Part shown: in pieces, positions 23,118 through 24,316 of the stretch
Layout of the letters: every line of letters begins with the position of its first letter
Position numbering within the stretch: position 1 is the stretch's first letter
Virus record (IMG/VR): IMGVR_UViG_3300032216_001521
Location: 1-24,316 of that record
Direction: 5' to 3' (one strand)
DNA length: 24,316 nt
Origin: a virus
Lineage: Duplodnaviria > Caudoviricetes
Position numbers and translations under genes: made by a program
Notes under the pieces: model-generated
The model's input: the letters and a program-made list of their open reading frames with translations, nothing else
What the model was told of the DNA's origin: nothing
Database searches by the model: none

Positions 23118-24316
23118 ATGAGTTATGTAGACTGTCTATTAGACAGAGCCAAAGATAGGATACACGTGGTAGAACGTGTACGAGGCCAAAGGGTATATCA
23201 AGAATATCCAGCCAAGTATGTATTCTATTACAACGATCCACGCGGCAAGTTCCGCACCATCTACGATACACCAGTATCGAGATTCAGCACACACAACAGC
23301 AAAGAGTTCCATAAGGAACTAAAAACCAATAACAAAAAAGACATATGGGAGAGTGACATCAACCCAGTGTTTCGCTGCCTTGAAGAAAACTATCTAGGAC
23401 GTGAAAGTCCTAAATTGCAGACAGCATTTTTTGACATTGAGGTTGACTTTGATCCCGTGTTGGGTTTCAGCAAGCCCGAAGATCCATTCAATGCCATCAC
23501 TGCTATATCAGTTTACCTAGACTGGTTGGATCGCATGGTCACACTGGCAGTACCGCCCAAGAGCATGAGTTGGGCAACTGCGCAGGAAATTTGCAGTCGT
23601 TATGACAACTGTTTCTTGTTTGAGCGCGAGCAGGACTTGTTGGATACTTTCTTGAGCTTAATCGAAGATGCTGATATCCTCAGCGGATGGAATAGTGAAG
23701 GATTTGATATTCCTTATACTGTTATGCGCATACAGCGTGTACTCAGCAAGGATGACACACGCAGGTTCTGCTTGTGGGGGCAATTTCCCAAGCCCAGGAC
23801 CTTTGAACGATTTGGTGCAGAGAACATTACATTTGACTTGATTGGTCGAGTGCATATGGACTATATGCAACTGTATCGCAAATACACCTATGAAGAACGA
23901 CACAGCTATAGCCTAGACGCTATTAGCGAATATGAACTAGACGAGCGTAAGACACAGTACGAAGGTACCTTGGACCAACTGTACAACAAAGACTTTCCTA
24001 CGTTTATCGAATACAACAGACAAGACACCATGCTGTTGGCCAAACTGGATAAGAAACTGCGTTTCTTGGACTTGGCTAACGAACTAGCACACGATAATAC
24101 CGTGTTGCTGGCGACCACCATGGGCGCAGTGGCTGTTACTGAGCAGGCCATTATCAATGAAGCGCATCAGCAAGGTTTAATAGTTCAAAATAGGAAAAAC
24201 AGAGATGAATCTAACGACACGCAAGCAGCAGGTGCCTACGTTGCTTACCCCAAAAAAGGCATGCACGACTGGATTGGTGCGATTGACATCAACTCGCTCT
24301 ATCCCTCGGCTATTCG
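23118..24316 (+). CDS. polB: family B DNA polymerase (5' part, runs off the window)
   Basis: Hand-translated (MSYVDCLLDR...): ExoI FFDIEVD, ExoII SGWNSEGFDIPY, ExoIII YNRQD, GAYV..P, motif A DINSLYPS; AGGAG SD. Confidence 0.96.
   Translation, partial: MSYVDCLLDRAKDRIHVVERVRGQRVYQEYPAKYVFYYNDPRGKFRTIYDTPVSRFSTHNSKEFHKELKTNNKKDIWESDINPVFRCLEENYLGRESPKLQTAFFDIEVDFDPVLGFSKPEDPFNAITAISVYLDWLDRMVTLAVPPKSMSWATAQEICSRYDNCFLFEREQDLLDTFLSLIEDADILSGWNSEGFDIPYTVMRIQRVLSKDDTRRFCLWGQFPKPRTFERFGAENITFDLIGRVHMDYMQLYRKYTYEERHSYSLDAISEYELDERKTQYEGTLDQLYNKDFPTFIEYNRQDTMLLAKLDKKLRFLDLANELAHDNTVLLATTMGAVAVTEQAIINEAHQQGLIVQNRKNRDESNDTQAAGAYVAYPKKGMHDWIGAIDINSLYPSAI

Noticed and set aside
981-24157. Many antisense or alternate-frame ORFs in the track (e.g. 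2897-3520, 10052-10798, 19871-20377, 23658-23903)
   Set aside because: They are shadows of well-supported + strand genes, with no SD or recognisable motif.
1-24316. Alternative genetic code, tRNAs, introns or inteins
   Set aside because: Genes are intact under code 11 with TAA, TAG and TGA all used as stops. No cloverleaf or intein motifs were seen, and the polymerase is uninterrupted up to motif A.

Overview
A gene-dense segment of a large tailed dsDNA phage, probably a T4-like-promoter myovirus or jumbo phage. A PHA-producing proteobacterial host is inferred, not shown. From left to right it holds: small membrane/secreted ORFs; a sigma70-driven DnaJ-ClpA chaperone pair; a glycosyltransferase-like gene; a ~15 kb block (5389-20804) of genes behind (T/C/A/G)ATAAATA late-type promoters; a minus-strand cluster of four small genes with a phasin-like ORF and a PhaR-like palindrome; a dsDNA-binding protein; a small membrane protein; a 2OG-Fe(II) oxygenase-like gene; and the 5' part of a family B DNA polymerase. 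The strongest signal is the 15 kb block. Most of its proteins begin with a peptide resembling the T4 capsid-targeting sequence (MRAQEFIAE vs T4 MKTYQEFIAE). Three of them are long polyproteins of unrelated small domains (RyR-like, KOW, LETM1-like, ADP-ribosyltransferase-like, T7 gp0.7-like kinase) joined by a (Q/K/E)GVAE(G/A) linker. The linker fits a prohead-protease site and is also conserved at DNA level: AAGGTGTGGCGGA occurs as 8 exact in-frame copies plus about 9 degenerate ones. This suggests a recombination-shuffled cassette array of virion-packaged, protease-released effectors. All family assignments come from motif recognition by eye; no database searches were run.
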